Notes under the pieces: model-generated
What the model was told of the DNA's origin: nothing
The model's database searches: none
The model's input: only the letters and a program-made list of their open reading frames with translations
Assembly: GCA_015493585.1 (NCBI GenBank)
Contig: WGCW01000016.1
Coordinates: forward strand, 30,668-94,667
Reading direction: 5' to 3'
DNA length: 64,000 bases
DNA from: Acidobacteriota bacterium
Lineage (GTDB): Bacteria > Acidobacteriota > Thermoanaerobaculia > Thermoanaerobaculales > Sulfomarinibacteraceae
Translations under genes and position numbers: made by a program
Part shown: positions 55,911 to 64,000 of the stretch, piece by piece
Position numbering within the stretch: the first letter of the stretch is position 1
How the letters are laid out: every line of letters starts with the position of its first letter

Positions 55911-56711
55911 CTATTCCCGCTGGCAGATGATGCGTGGACCGTTGCGAACAACGACCCCCCTGATCGAGCCGTGCACCGCGGACAATCCAAGCGGGCTGTT
56001 GGGCCGGCCCGCCTTCTGGCGAAGCTGAGAACCATCCTGACCGTGCTCCGGCGCAAGGGCGAGCACGAAACCAGCTGGGAAATCGGTATGACCGATCCGC
56101 TCGAGGGCGCGGATCAACGGGTTAGTCCCCAGGCCGGTTCCCTTGAGCCACCATTCGCCGTCGATGAGCCGAGCCCGCGGCCGGGGCGCCGATGTTAGAT
56201 CGATGATATGAAACGGAGCCCCTGACGCAGCGATCTCCTCCCCATGGCCCCGGTTGAAGCGAACCAACAGAAACGCTTGGGACGTTGGAATGTCGGGTAC
56301 CGTCCAGCTGTAATACGTGATGTTCGGGTCAAGCTCATCTGTCAGACGCAGCGTCAACCCGTCAGCGACCAGCAGCAGCTCGAGCTCTCCGGTCCCCGCA
56401 GGTGGCCGTGACCAACGCACCTTGACTGTTTGCCCCGCCAGAAGCACCGCGCCCCCGGCAGGCTGGAAGACCTGGCCTCCCGCTCGCACAGCTCCGTTGC
56501 GCAAGGTTGAGCATTCATTGGCACCGTGGCTCCTTGCCGCAGCCCAGCCGGAGCGTACCGGAGAAGAGAAGATCGCCGCCCCAACGATGATGGTAGCGAC
56601 GGCCACATCTCTCATGGGGAGGAAACCTGTCCGGGCCGCTCCATCGTGCCTGTCAACACGCTGGAACCATCGCATTGTGGTACCAATAACACCACGCCGC
56701 CGCCACGTCAA
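55911..56711 (-). CDS. Hypothetical exported protein
   Basis: 266 aa as tracked (TTG start). An internal ATG at 56615 (MRDVAVATIIVGAAIF...) gives a signal-anchor-like start. No family recognised. It lies directly upstream of the TonB receptor gene. Confidence 0.4.
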   Translation of the reverse strand: MTWRRRGVIGTTMRWFQRVDRHDGAARTGFLPMRDVAVATIIVGAAIFSSPVRSGWAAARSHGANECSTLRNGAVRAGGQVFQPAGGAVLLAGQTVKVRWSRPPAGTGELELLLVADGLTLRLTDELDPNITYYSWTVPDIPTSQAFLLVRFNRGHGEEIAASGAPFHIIDLTSAPRPRARLIDGEWWLKGTGLGTNPLIRALERIGHTDFPAGFVLALAPEHGQDGSQLRQKAGRPNSPLGLSAVHGSIRGVVVRNGPRIICQRE

Positions 56712-56926
56712 CCTCGCCGGAACGCTGAGTTACATGAGGAACCAACGAACACACGACGTCATCCTCTTCGAGAGTCCAACGGAGCAATCGGGGAGTGATA
56801 GTCCGACCTGCGCATGGGAAGCGGCCTGCGCACAGGGCAAAGCATCCAGCCTACCTTCATCACCATCCGATCCGCCGGACTTGGGATCAACGTGGGAATT
56901 GAGACACAGCTCGTAGACAAGAACTT

Positions 56927-58560
56927 CGGAGGATACGTACCGCGTCTTTCTTGCCGAATAAGAGCAACGGTGTTGTCTTTGGTTGACAATTTTGGTTCTG
57001 AGGGAGGTCGTAGGAGGTTGTGTGGCGTGATGTGGGGGCGGGTATTTTGGGGTGCGGAGGGGGGTATGAAGATGTGTCTAGGAGACGATGCAGGATGCTT
57101 GCTGGGCCAAGGAGAGGCAATTTGCAGGCGAGGGGGGCAAAATTTTTGACTCGCCGTAAGTGATTGTATTGGTTGGGGTTACACTTGTTTTCGGGGGCTT
57201 ATTTTGGTAGCATAAGTCCATGGAAACACACACCGATATCACCGTTTTCGATCAGTTCATTGCTCCTGTACGGAACGCCCTCAAGGATGCTCGCCATCGG
57301 AGGGAGAGTCGAAAGTTCTCCGACGAGGCATACCTGTTCGCCGGCATCAGAAGGGTCCTCGACCAACCCCGCAGTGGACGTGAATGGGTCCAGCGGCTGC
57401 AATCGGTCTTTCATCTGCCGGTGACCGTGACGTCGTTCTTCAAGGCCCTGCGAAGCTCCCGCCGTGCAGCGCTGACCTGGGAGGTTGCTGAGAGCATCCG
57501 GAGCAAGGTCGATTGTGAGTGCGGCGCGGTGTTCGACCCTCTGGCCGGACACTCAGAGCTGAATGGTTTTGACCTATACGCCAGCGATGCCACCTACGAA
57601 ATTGCGGCCACCCACACCCAGCCTATCGATGGGAAGATCTATGCCCCGGGGTACTTCTTCAGCTTGAACCTGCGCAGTCACAGCCTCAGTCTGCTTGACA
57701 TAGCACGACCTCAAAAGAAGCGAGAGCACGACATGACGGCGCTCAAAAGGCTCGGTGGACGCAAGCTCCGCATGGGCGCGCCTCAAGGCCGGCGGGTAAT
57801 CCACGTCTATGACCGCGCGGGAATTGATTACCGCCAGTGGACCAAGTGGAAAACGAGGGGGGTCTACTTCATCAGCCGCGAGAAAGTGAACTCACGCGCT
57901 CAGGTGCTCGGGAACCTGGAGTTCGATTCCTCTGATCCCAACAACACCGGCGTCCTTGCCGATCAGCAGATCGGGGTCTTCGCAGGGGTTCTGATCCGCA
58001 GGGTACGGTATCAGGATCCAGCCACCGGGAAGGTTTTTGACTTCATCACCAACGAGTTCACCCTTCCCCCGGGACTCATCGCCTTTCTCTACAAACGCCG
58101 CTGGGATATCGAAAAATCGTTCGATGAGAAAAAGAACAAACTGGGCGTCACCAAAGCCTGGGCGATCACGGAGCTTGCCAAAACACAACAGGCTCTCTTC
58201 CTCTGCATGGTCCACAACCTCCTCCTTCTCCTCGAGCGCAAGCTCGATCTGGAGGAAGACATCAGGGAAGAGAAGCTCATCGCCAAAAAACGCCGCCGGC
58301 TCCAACACCTCGAACGAACCATCCGAAACGCCGGCAGAACCCCAAACCCGCTCGTCCAAAACTGCCTCAGAATCACCCAGAGAAGCCTCCAATTCATCCG
58401 CTGGGTCAGAGACGCTCTCCACGCTAAAACGCCCTGGAGACCCGCCGTCGAGCAACTCAGACCCCTCATGACAGCCTACCTCCAATGAAATTGGCAACAC
58501 CGTTGCCGGAGATCCATCTGGAGAATCTCACCGCGGAGAACGCGGGGTACGCAGAGAGGA
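56927..58560 (+). mobile_element. IS4-family insertion sequence (boundaries approximate)
   Basis: A single DDE transposase gene. A 12/12 inverted match GCAACGGTGTTG (56964-56975) / CAACACCGTTGC (58495-58506), with looser flanking similarity (CGTACC.CGCGT.T.TC), extends the candidate limits to about 56927 and 58560. The segment is visibly more AT-rich than its flanks. Confidence 0.6.
57220..58488 (+). CDS. IS4-family DDE transposase
   Basis: 422 aa. The C-terminal [15 protein letters not shown] fits the IS4 Y-(2)-R-(3)-E-(6)-K signature. DDE_Tnp_1-like blocks (...VIHVYDRAG..., ...FITNEF...) are present. Confidence 0.85.
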   Translation: METHTDITVFDQFIAPVRNALKDARHRRESRKFSDEAYLFAGIRRVLDQPRSGREWVQRLQSVFHLPVTVTSFFKALRSSRRAALTWEVAESIRSKVDCECGAVFDPLAGHSELNGFDLYASDATYEIAATHTQPIDGKIYAPGYFFSLNLRSHSLSLLDIARPQKKREHDMTALKRLGGRKLRMGAPQGRRVIHVYDRAGIDYRQWTKWKTRGVYFISREKVNSRAQVLGNLEFDSSDPNNTGVLADQQIGVFAGVLIRRVRYQDPATGKVFDFITNEFTLPPGLIAFLYKRRWDIEKSFDEKKNKLGVTKAWAITELAKTQQALFLCMVHNLLLLLERKLDLEEDIREEKLIAKKRRRLQHLERTIRNAGRTPNPLVQNCLRITQRSLQFIRWVRDALHAKTPWRPAVEQLRPLMTAYLQ

Positions 58561-58769
58561 GGCCAGCACAGAGGCGCAAGGGGGTAGAGACGGTCTGCCA
58601 GAGGGCCGATCGCGCGGTTTTCCCCGCGTGGTTTTGCCGTTTCGCCTGCTTTCGGGGGAGAAAGCTGCGATTGCGGACATTTTTCGGATCAAGCCGAACC
58701 TGGCGCCTTCGGATCTCAAGATCCTCATTGGCGTTCCCGACAGCGCAACGCCCTCTCATCATCGAGGGG

Positions 58770-58798
58770 TTGACGGAGATGGTTCGCGGCCCTACGAT
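58770..58798 (+). promoter_or_regulatory. Candidate sigma70-type promoter of recA
   Basis: TTGACG (58770-58775), a 17-nt spacer, then TACGAT (58793-58798), 43 nt upstream of the recA ATG. A small inverted repeat CTGCGG-TTC-CCGCAG (58816-58830) overlaps the AGGAGG Shine-Dalgarno sequence. Confidence 0.4.
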
Positions 58799-58840
58799 GG
58801 TAAAGCCCCACCATGCTGCGGTTCCCGCAGGAGGAGTGTC

Positions 58841-59875
58841 ATGAGTTCGAATCCACAGAAAATGAAGGCATTGGAAACAGCGATTGGCCAGATCGAGCGG
58901 CAGTTCGGCAAGGGCTCGATCATGCGTCTTGGAGAGCAACCGTCAATCCGGGTCAATGTGATTCCGACCGGTTCGATCACGCTGGATGCGGCTTTGGGAG
59001 TGGGTGGTGTGCCGCGCGGCCGGGTCGTCGAGATCTTCGGTCCTGAGTCATCCGGCAAAACCACACTGGCCTTGCACCTCATTGCGAACGCACAGGCGGC
59101 CGGAGGTCTCGCGGCATTCATCGACGCCGAGCATGCGCTCGATCCGGAGTACGCGGAGAATCTCGGCGTCAACCTGGACGATCTGCTGGTCTCGCAACCG
59201 GACTTCGGTGAGCAAGCGCTCGAAATTGCTGAGACCCTGATCCGTTCCGGTTCGGTCGACATCATCGTGGTCGATTCCGTTGCCGCGCTCGTTCCACGGG
59301 CGGAGCTCGAAGGCGACATGGGTGACGCCCAGATGGGGTTGCAGGCTCGTTTGATGTCCCAAGCGCTGCGGAAACTCGCAGGGATCGTTTCCAAGTCGAA
59401 TACGTCCCTCGTCTTCATCAACCAGGTTCGGATGAAGATCGGTGTCATGTTTGGAAACCCGGAGACCACGACCGGCGGAAGGGCCCTCAAGTTCTACTCA
59501 AGCGTGCGCGTCGATATCCGCAGGATTGCGTCAATCAAGCAGGGCGACCAGGTGATCGGGAACCGGACGAAAGTCAAGGTTGTCAAGAACAAAGTTGCCG
59601 CTCCGTTCAAGATTGCCGAATTCGACATCATGTACGGTCAGGGAATTTCAAAGACCGGTGAGCTGCTCGACCTTGGGGTTGAGCATCGTCTCGTTCAGAA
59701 ATCGGGGTCCTGGTATTCGTACGGTGACATCCGGCTCGGACAGGGGCGCGAGGCGGCCAGAGCATTCCTTGCCGAAAATGGGGAGACCGCTCAGGAGCTG
59801 GAGATGGCGATCCGGGAGAAGCTCGGGCTGATTCCCCTTCCAGGAGATCAGGTCACTGACGAACCTGGAACCTGA
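58841..59875 (+). CDS. recA: Recombinase A
   Basis: [32 protein letters not shown]..., Walker [13 protein letters not shown], ...IDAEHALDP... and ...VVDSVAAL... AGGAGG precedes the ATG at 58841. The tracked ORF 58628..59875 has a spurious N-terminal extension. Confidence 0.95.
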   Translation: MSSNPQKMKALETAIGQIERQFGKGSIMRLGEQPSIRVNVIPTGSITLDAALGVGGVPRGRVVEIFGPESSGKTTLALHLIANAQAAGGLAAFIDAEHALDPEYAENLGVNLDDLLVSQPDFGEQALEIAETLIRSGSVDIIVVDSVAALVPRAELEGDMGDAQMGLQARLMSQALRKLAGIVSKSNTSLVFINQVRMKIGVMFGNPETTTGGRALKFYSSVRVDIRRIASIKQGDQVIGNRTKVKVVKNKVAAPFKIAEFDIMYGQGISKTGELLDLGVEHRLVQKSGSWYSYGDIRLGQGREAARAFLAENGETAQELEMAIREKLGLIPLPGDQVTDEPGT

Positions 59876-59919
59876 ACGCCGGCTTTTTGTCGTGCATCAT
59901 CTGCGGAGGGAGGAGGCGT

Positions 59920-61050
59920 ATGCGTAGGATGACTGTCAGTCTCAAGGTGAGCGTGGCCATCATGGCGGTGTGCGGATCTGCGCTGGCAGGTGTGACGGCG
60001 CCCCAGCCGAAGCTGCCGGCGCAGGACCCTCTCGTGCTTCACTTCGTCCAAAGGGCGGCACCGTGGTATCCGGATTCGACGTTTACGATCGTCAACGACA
60101 AGCGGGTCATCACCGCTTCAGGCTCCTACCGGCTCATCGCCGTCAAGCGCACATGCGCCAACCGCTACCTGACCGGCGTCCGCGGATGGGTGATCGATGA
60201 GGTCAGCAAGACGATGTGGGCCGGGGTCGTGGGTACCTTACCGGCTGTGCCCCAGGCTTCCTCGGATCTCGAAGGGTTTCTCAAGTCATTCCTTCCGGGA
60301 GCGCTTCAGCGCAGTCTGAGGATGACGGCGACCGTCGTCTGGAAAACGGGCGGGCGTCCGTCGGGCGCCCTGATCCCATTTCTCCTCAAGATCGACTCCG
60401 GCTATGGCACGTACTTCAAGCCGGCCGCTGTGACGGCCGACGGCCGCCGGATCATCCTTGGCTCGCCGTATCCGCTTGGGACCGATCCCGTTGCGTACCG
60501 GAAGAAGCTCCTCGACAAGAGCCCACTCGTCATGTGGGATCATCCTGGCCACCATGCCAAGGTTGAGATCGTCGAGTTTTCCGATTTTGAATGTCCCGCG
60601 TGTAAAGCCAGGTGGCCGTTGATCGCCGATACGCTGAAGAAGTTCGATGGGACCATTCGCCACGGGATGGTGACGTTTCCGCTGACATTGATCCATCCGT
60701 GGGCGTTCCGGGCAGCCTCGGCGGCGTGGTGCGTGGCGAGACAGAATCCTGCCGAGCTGATTCCCCTCAAGGAACAGTTCTACTCAATGCAACGTGAGAT
60801 GGACGTCTCGCAGGTTGGGCCCGTGGCGAAAGACTTCGTCGCGGGACACGGTTTGAACGAAAAAGCGTTTACATCGTGTTTCCTGGAAAAGCCGTCGCTA
60901 GACGCGGTCAACGGCCAGATTGGGCTCGCCCAGGATCTCGGCGTGTTGGCGACGCCGACCTACTTCATCAACGGCTGGCAGATTCAGATGCCCGCGAAGG
61001 ACTGGTTCCTCCCGCTCATCCAGCGCCTCATCGCCGGTCAGGAGCCCTAG
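59920..61050 (+). CDS. Secreted DsbA-like thiol:disulfide oxidoreductase with N-terminal extra domain
   Basis: Signal peptide ...SLKVSVAIMAVCGSALAG. The C-terminal thioredoxin fold has EFSDFECPACK (CxxC) and ...LGVLATPTYFINGWQI. The N-terminal roughly 190 aa are unassigned. The start could be 59920 or 59929. Confidence 0.7.
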   Translation: MRRMTVSLKVSVAIMAVCGSALAGVTAPQPKLPAQDPLVLHFVQRAAPWYPDSTFTIVNDKRVITASGSYRLIAVKRTCANRYLTGVRGWVIDEVSKTMWAGVVGTLPAVPQASSDLEGFLKSFLPGALQRSLRMTATVVWKTGGRPSGALIPFLLKIDSGYGTYFKPAAVTADGRRIILGSPYPLGTDPVAYRKKLLDKSPLVMWDHPGHHAKVEIVEFSDFECPACKARWPLIADTLKKFDGTIRHGMVTFPLTLIHPWAFRAASAAWCVARQNPAELIPLKEQFYSMQREMDVSQVGPVAKDFVAGHGLNEKAFTSCFLEKPSLDAVNGQIGLAQDLGVLATPTYFINGWQIQMPAKDWFLPLIQRLIAGQEP

Positions 61051-61209
61051 GCCGCTCGATTCCCTCGCGATCATCATGGAAGCTGAGCCCGGTCAGCCCG
61101 GGAAGGGCTCCGGTGGTGGACCTCACGGCGGTTACGGCCGATCGCGTGTGAAAGATGCGGGCGGAGGCAGTATCCCGTCGGGACACGCCTGCTCCTGCGG
61201 TACACTTAC

Positions 61210-61812
61210 ATGTGGAGGCCACAGGTGGGTCGAAGCACGCAGCGGTGGGCCGGTCAGAGCCGGCCGGACAGTGGGACGTCCGGGCTGGCGTTTCTGTTTC
61301 GCCTCGACGGTTCGTGGTACGCCATTCCGCTCGCGACTGTTGAACGAGTCGCACGCATGGTGGCCATCACTCGCGTTCCAGACGCTCCGGAGACCGTGTT
61401 AGGCGTTGTGAACGTGAGCGGCTCGGTGGTCCCAGTGCTCGACCTGCGGCGTCGACTCGGGCACGGTTCGAAACCTCTTGATGTTGATGACCGCCTTGTT
61501 CTGCTTCAGGCTGGCGGTTCGCGCTTCGCCGTTGCCGTGGATGAGGTGGGAGATCTCACGACCCTCGGAGATGCCGAGCCGCCTCCAGCACCGCTGGCGG
61601 AAGGAGGCTTGGTAACATCGACGCTGCGTCATGAAGGCAAGCTGGTCTTGATCCTTGACCCGGGCGAGCTTGATATCGAACGGTGGCGTCCGCCCTCTGA
61701 AGAGGGGGACAGAGCTCAGCACAGCGCGCCGCGCCAGGATAGGAAGCACACGGGCGGGAGGAAGGGGCGGTCCGGCGGCAGCAGGAAGAAGGTGCCTGGC
61801 CATGATGGGTGA
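61210..61812 (+). CDS. cheW: CheW-like coupling protein
   Basis: ...LAFLFRLDGSWYAIPLATVERV......VLGVVNVSGSVVPVLDLRRRLG... is the CheW domain pattern. It has a basic C-terminal tail. The exact start is uncertain. Confidence 0.75.
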   Translation: MWRPQVGRSTQRWAGQSRPDSGTSGLAFLFRLDGSWYAIPLATVERVARMVAITRVPDAPETVLGVVNVSGSVVPVLDLRRRLGHGSKPLDVDDRLVLLQAGGSRFAVAVDEVGDLTTLGDAEPPPAPLAEGGLVTSTLRHEGKLVLILDPGELDIERWRPPSEEGDRAQHSAPRQDRKHTGGRKGRSGGSRKKVPGHDG

Positions 61813-63256
61813 GCTCGAAGCGGGCGAGAAGCTCCTCGATCAGGTGGAGTCGTTGCTGCTCGAGCGTGTCGGCTTCGACGTTGGAAGCCGTTTGCAGTCG
61901 CGCCTTCAGAGCGCTGTCGAGGCGGTCGCGCGGGAGCTGAAACGCACGCCCGGCAAGCTGGTACGGGATCTGCGCAGGACAGATCTTGATCATCCCGTGT
62001 GGCGGGCGCTCCTTGCCCGTGTCATGATCGGCGAGACCTACTTTTTTCGCGATGCGCGACAGTTTGCTGCATTGCAGCAGGTCATCCTGCCGGCCCTGCT
62101 TCATGAGCGGGAGAAGGTCCGTTCGCTGACGGTCTGGAGTGCAGGATGCGCCTCGGGGGAAGAGCCGTACTCCGTCGCAATGATGCTCCGCGAGCTGCTT
62201 GAGAAACCGGAGAGATGGAAGCTGACGATCGTTGGAACCGATGTCAACGACGAAGCGCTGCGGCGCGCCCGGGAGGCACTGTACCGGCGGTGGTCGTTCA
62301 GGCGGACGCCGCACGAGTTCATGGCTCGCTATTTCCACAACGAACATGGCCTCTGGCGGCTGCACGAAGATGTCCGGGCGATGGTTTCATTTCGCCATCT
62401 CAATCTTGCAGATCCCAATCTTGCCGATGTGACAGGGGTGTTGGGGACGTTTGACCTCGTCCTGTGCCGGAACGTTCTCATGTACATGCCGCCCCGGACA
62501 CGGGCCACGGTTGCTCAGCGCTTGACGTCCGCAGTTGTGCCCGGTGGCAGGCTCATGGTTGCAGCGGCCGAGCTCGACCGTTCTCTTTTTCCACAGCTGA
62601 TCCAGGAGCGTGAAGGTGGCGTGACGGTGTACCGCCGGCCCCTCGTTGGAGAGGAGGCTCCGCGACCGGGTCGAAGCCACTCCGCCGGCACAAGGAGACC
62701 GGTCTTTCAGGCAGAGTCGAGGTCTCGCAGGCTGCCCGGGCGGCGGCGTGCAGCGGCCAAGGAGATTTCGCGAGCCGTTTCCCCGTCACGGCGCCCGAAA
62801 GAGGCTGCGGCCGAAAAATCTGAGAGTGTCCTGGAAACGGCTGACAAGCTGGTTCTCGAAGCCCGGCGTGCCGCAGATCTCAAGCGATCGGATGAGGCGG
62901 CGGTCAAGGCCGAGCGGGCTCTTGCCCTGGATCCCCTGTGCGCCGGGGCCTACCACGTGCTCGGCCTGCTCGCACTGGAAAGAGGGGATCTGGACGGTGC
63001 AATGGGAGCGCTCCGGCGCGCCTTGTACATCGACCCTCGCCTGGCACCTGCCCACTTGGTGCTGGCAGCCGTTGCGGCACGGAAGGGGCAAACGGATACG
63101 GCGAAGCGCCACCGGGCTCTGGCCATGGATCTCTTGAAGGGAATGCCTGAAGACGCGGAGGTGCCGGGTGAGCCGGGAGTGACGGCGAAAGAGTTGCTGA
63201 CATCGCTGGGCGACGCTGATGCGTCTGGTGTGGCCCGCCCGCGGAGGATTTCATGA
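61802..63256 (+). CDS. cheR: CheR-type protein-glutamate O-methyltransferase with C-terminal TPR domain
   Basis: ...IGETYFFRD..., ...VWSAGCASGEEPYSVAMM..., ...GTDVNDEALRRAR... and ...LCRNVLMYM... mark the CheR domain. The C-terminal ...ALALDPLCAGAYHVLGLLALERGDLDGAMGALRRALYIDP... is TPR. The ATG at 61802 overlaps the upstream CheW by 11 nt. Confidence 0.85.
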   Translation: MMGELEAGEKLLDQVESLLLERVGFDVGSRLQSRLQSAVEAVARELKRTPGKLVRDLRRTDLDHPVWRALLARVMIGETYFFRDARQFAALQQVILPALLHEREKVRSLTVWSAGCASGEEPYSVAMMLRELLEKPERWKLTIVGTDVNDEALRRAREALYRRWSFRRTPHEFMARYFHNEHGLWRLHEDVRAMVSFRHLNLADPNLADVTGVLGTFDLVLCRNVLMYMPPRTRATVAQRLTSAVVPGGRLMVAAAELDRSLFPQLIQEREGGVTVYRRPLVGEEAPRPGRSHSAGTRRPVFQAESRSRRLPGRRRAAAKEISRAVSPSRRPKEAAAEKSESVLETADKLVLEARRAADLKRSDEAAVKAERALALDPLCAGAYHVLGLLALERGDLDGAMGALRRALYIDPRLAPAHLVLAAVAARKGQTDTAKRHRALAMDLLKGMPEDAEVPGEPGVTAKELLTSLGDADASGVARPRRIS

Positions 63257-63825
63257 GCTCAAAGCTTGATGACGAGGTGCTCCAGCAGCGTGCGGAAGAG
63301 TTGGCGCGTCCGAGGCAGGAAGCGGGGGCTCTGCGGGTTGGTACACACCTCGTGCTTCCGGCCGGGCAAGAGCGGCTGGCCGTTCGTCTCGTTCTCGTCG
63401 AACGGGTCATTCCGCTGGGACGAAGCTGGGCACGGCTGCCTGGAGCTCCCTCGCACCTCGTAGGTGTCGTCAATGTTCGCGGCCGCTTGCTGCCACTGAC
63501 CGATCTCCTTCCGCTTCTAGGTCTTGCGCCGCAGCAAGCCGGTCGCGGAACATACTGTGTGGTCGTCAACGTGGAAGCATCGAACGTGTGTGTCCCGCGT
63601 ACGGCTTTGCTCTGTCAAGGCCGTCCATGGGAGATCGATGTCGATCCCGGCAGCCTGGCTGATCCCCCGGAGACCGTACCGGTTTCCGCGAGACGTTTTA
63701 TTCTGGGGGTCGCTCCAGGTTTGGTGACGGTGCTTGAGCTCGAACGGGTGTTGGCCGATCGGGCTATCCTTGCGACCCCATCCGGTGGAGAACAGACAAG
63801 TCGCGGAGGCAACCGGCGTTGTTAG
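63253..63825 (+). CDS. cheW: CheW-like coupling protein (second copy)
   Basis: ...ERLAVRLVLVERVIPL...LVGVVNVRGRLLPLTDLLPLLG... is the CheW domain pattern. It has an ATGA overlap with the cheR stop. Confidence 0.7.
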   Translation: MSSKLDDEVLQQRAEELARPRQEAGALRVGTHLVLPAGQERLAVRLVLVERVIPLGRSWARLPGAPSHLVGVVNVRGRLLPLTDLLPLLGLAPQQAGRGTYCVVVNVEASNVCVPRTALLCQGRPWEIDVDPGSLADPPETVPVSARRFILGVAPGLVTVLELERVLADRAILATPSGGEQTSRGGNRRC

Positions 63826-63836
63826 AGGAGGTTTAG

Positions 63837-64000
63837 ATGTGGAAGAAACTCAATATCCGATCGAAGATTCTCCTTGGGTTTTTCTTTTTGGCCGTGCTGA
63901 TTATTGTTGCGGCGGTGTGGGTTGGCTCCCTGTCGGCGAGAGCGGAGCGGCGGGCCTCGGAAACCGGGCATTGGGGAGTGATGGTCCACGATCTCATGGA
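63837..64000 (+). CDS. 5' end of a membrane sensor, probably a methyl-accepting chemotaxis protein (partial)
   Basis: GAGGAGG is followed 6 nt later by an ATG. MWKKLNIRSKILLGFFFLAVLIIVAAVWVGSL... is the usual MCP/HAMP-sensor N-terminus (basic residues plus a TM helix). It runs off the window, so the identity is inferred from context. Confidence 0.45.
   Translation, partial: MWKKLNIRSKILLGFFFLAVLIIVAAVWVGSLSARAERRASETGHWGVMVHDLM

Noticed and set aside
56984-57219. Small ORFs and promoter-like TTGACA/TTGACT hexamers plus G-runs in the left part of the IS
   Set aside because: No convincing -10 partner or coding signal is present. The tracked ORFs (56814..57149 and others) have no motifs. This is treated as the IS 5' untranslated or terminal region.
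58846-58857. tRNA-like T-arm sequence GTTCGAATCC
   Set aside because: It lies in codons 2-6 of recA. No acceptor, D or anticodon arms can be drawn around it.
1-64000. Search for a defence, toxin-antitoxin, retron, DGR, prophage or secondary-metabolite cluster
   Set aside because: I found no reverse transcriptase, nuclease-ATPase pairs, restriction or methylase genes, integrase, phage structural genes, or PKS/NRPS-type enzymes in any frame. The only mobile gene is the IS4 transposase.

Overview
This is a GC-rich bacterial chromosomal window of about 50 protein genes, mostly core housekeeping. A GWxTD-domain protein, a VWFA-related 'acidobacterial domain' protein and several GT-C-like polytopic membrane proteins hint at an Acidobacteriota-like lineage, but that is inference only.

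Gene content, left to right:
- rpsT-purC-EF-G paralog, iorAB, and sdhCAB on the minus strand.
- queE-queD, then an SDR / serine-palmitoyltransferase-like / GNAT-like triad.
- mfd-ribBA, a DAK2-DegV fusion next to an acyl-CoA ligase, mutL, and rsmA / GT-C-like / uppP / ftsK.
- trpFBA, sdaA, an uncharacterised envelope cluster, a NupC-family transporter and a TonB-dependent receptor.
- An IS4-family element, recA, a DsbA-like protein, and the start of a Wsp-like chemosensory cluster (CheW, CheR-TPR, CheW, MCP-like).

I found no rRNA, tRNA, CRISPR array or recognisable defence, toxin or phage module.

Non-core content:
- One IS, visibly more AT-rich than its flanks.
- Three clusters of mosaic intergenic repeats (about 29.36-29.85 kb, 44.52-45.39 kb and 58.49-58.75 kb) built from shared sub-modules.
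- A pair of roughly 190-220 bp structured repeats with terminal inverted repeats (12.45-12.67 kb and 42.58-42.76 kb).

I cannot point to a convincing new multi-gene system. The best leads are:
- The candidate ceramide-type lipid triad.
- The single-chain FakA-FakB-like fusion.
- The structured repeat pair, which could be a ncRNA or a MITE.
- The apparent relationship between the IS termini and the dispersed repeat modules.

Everything comes from reading the sequence and the ORF translations. No searches were run, and non-coding coordinates may be off by 1-2 nt.
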